A stretch of 64,000 bases of DNA, from positions 409,944,001-410,008,000 of the forward strand of contig OZ024740.1 in assembly GCA_964016885.1 (NCBI GenBank), written 5' to 3'. The DNA comes from Eledone cirrhosa. Its lineage: Eukaryota. Each line of letters begins with the position of its first letter. The stretch's first letter is position 1. The position numbers were made by a program, and so were the translations under genes. This document shows, in pieces, positions 63,000 to 64,000 of the stretch. The notes beneath the pieces are model-generated. The model had not been told where the DNA came from. It searched no databases and saw nothing but the letters and a program-made list of their open reading frames with translations.

Positions 63000-63379
63000 A
63001 GTATATTTCTAATGACTTGATTTTTTATTTCATTGTTTTAACTTATATCATGACTCTGTTTTCCTTTTAATGTTTTATTGTTTTCCGGGATTTATTTTAA
63101 CCTACAACATTTTCAACATATGGATTACATTGAGTTCTTCATGCAGAATAGACTCCACAACTCCACAACTTACCGTGGATATCTCTGTGTATATATATAT
63201 ATCAATAATCACTCAATGAAAAATTGTTCCGAATAGAGCGATAATTCAGAGCCCACTCATAAAAGATAGTATTGTAGAGACAACATATTTAATATCTTGC
63301 ATAGACATAAAACAAGGCATAAGAAAGGGATAGTAAGTAAATTAACTTCCAATTAAAATGGTTAATTACAATTCTTAGA

Positions 63380-63467
63380 ACCTAGACAAATCTGTTTCAA
63401 GTTGGCATAAGCATGCCAATTAGACAAATAAATAGCGAAGTTAAGATAAAAGCTGTCTTCAGTAGGT
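63380..63467 (-). ncRNA. Type I hammerhead with canonical core, in a TA-flanked insert (~63203-63541)
   Basis: accta-CTGAAGA (63462-63456)-branched stem II-GAAAC (63398-63394)-agattt-GTC-taggt. Confidence 0.8.
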
Positions 63468-63563
63468 ATATCTTATAACTATACAAGATATCACCCAGCC
63501 ACCATGAAGGCAACGTCGAAATGATGACTCGACTATAAATTTATATATATATATATATAATAC

Positions 63564-63636
<73 letters not shown>
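63564..63636. repeat. (GA)n microsatellite
   Basis: Direct. Confidence 0.98.
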
Positions 63637-63639
<3 letters not shown>

Positions 63640-64000
63640 AGCTGTTCTAAATATTTTGGCGTTGTTGATACCCAACATTCTTATACGAGAGAGCTTCTAT
63701 GTGGCTGCTCAATCTGCTAGAAATAATAGTCACTACTCCCTTAAATAAGATAGCTCTAAAAAGACTTCGTTGTCACGATTGGAATATATTTAGTCATGAG
63801 TGTGCTTGATTAGGGTTGACCTGATCTTGAACAACAACAGATTTGAGCGAACGAGAGAGCCTCCATGTGGTTGTTTGACATACGAAAATTAGCAAGATCA
63901 ATTTACACACTACTGTTATAAAAAGGATGGGCACTTTGGTTAATATAATCATTGATGTACTGTGTCCGAGAAAAGTGTGATGGTCATAACTGGAATACTT

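Larger units (their letters stand above)
56037..63190 (+). mobile_element. Third Penelope-like element, 5'-truncated with an inverted 5' segment, carrying nested SINE/Tx1/SINE
   Basis: Coding remnant ~56190-57578 (YVHSRSNHP, RNIRWYNAPFN, CNCRNRSICPLNGNCL, YIGST, CRLC, CNHR); 56037-56191 is an inverted copy of 62894-63048. Confidence 0.78.

Overview
AT-rich animal genomic DNA, almost all repeat-derived. The SINE/RTE types and huge (TA)n tracts suggest an octopus-like cephalopod (inference). The only confident host coding sequence is the terminal exon of a PRPF40-like splicing factor (17397-17489,+); there is one weaker candidate terminal exon on the minus strand. Mobile content: RTE, CR1-like and piggyBac remnants, many tRNA-derived SINEs, an intact L1/Tx1 ORF2 with a 15-bp TSD at a SINE head, a 22-bp minisatellite, and three Penelope-like (RT + C-terminal GIY-YIG) elements. 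The main unannotated signal is at 23-63.5 kb. Most short non-coding islands between (TA)n tracts carry a type I hammerhead ribozyme motif (about ten different sequences, from intact to degenerate), and most are fold-back inserts. Two unrelated motifs carry the compensatory U3-A8 core (UUGACAA). All ribozyme folds were done by eye and are untested.
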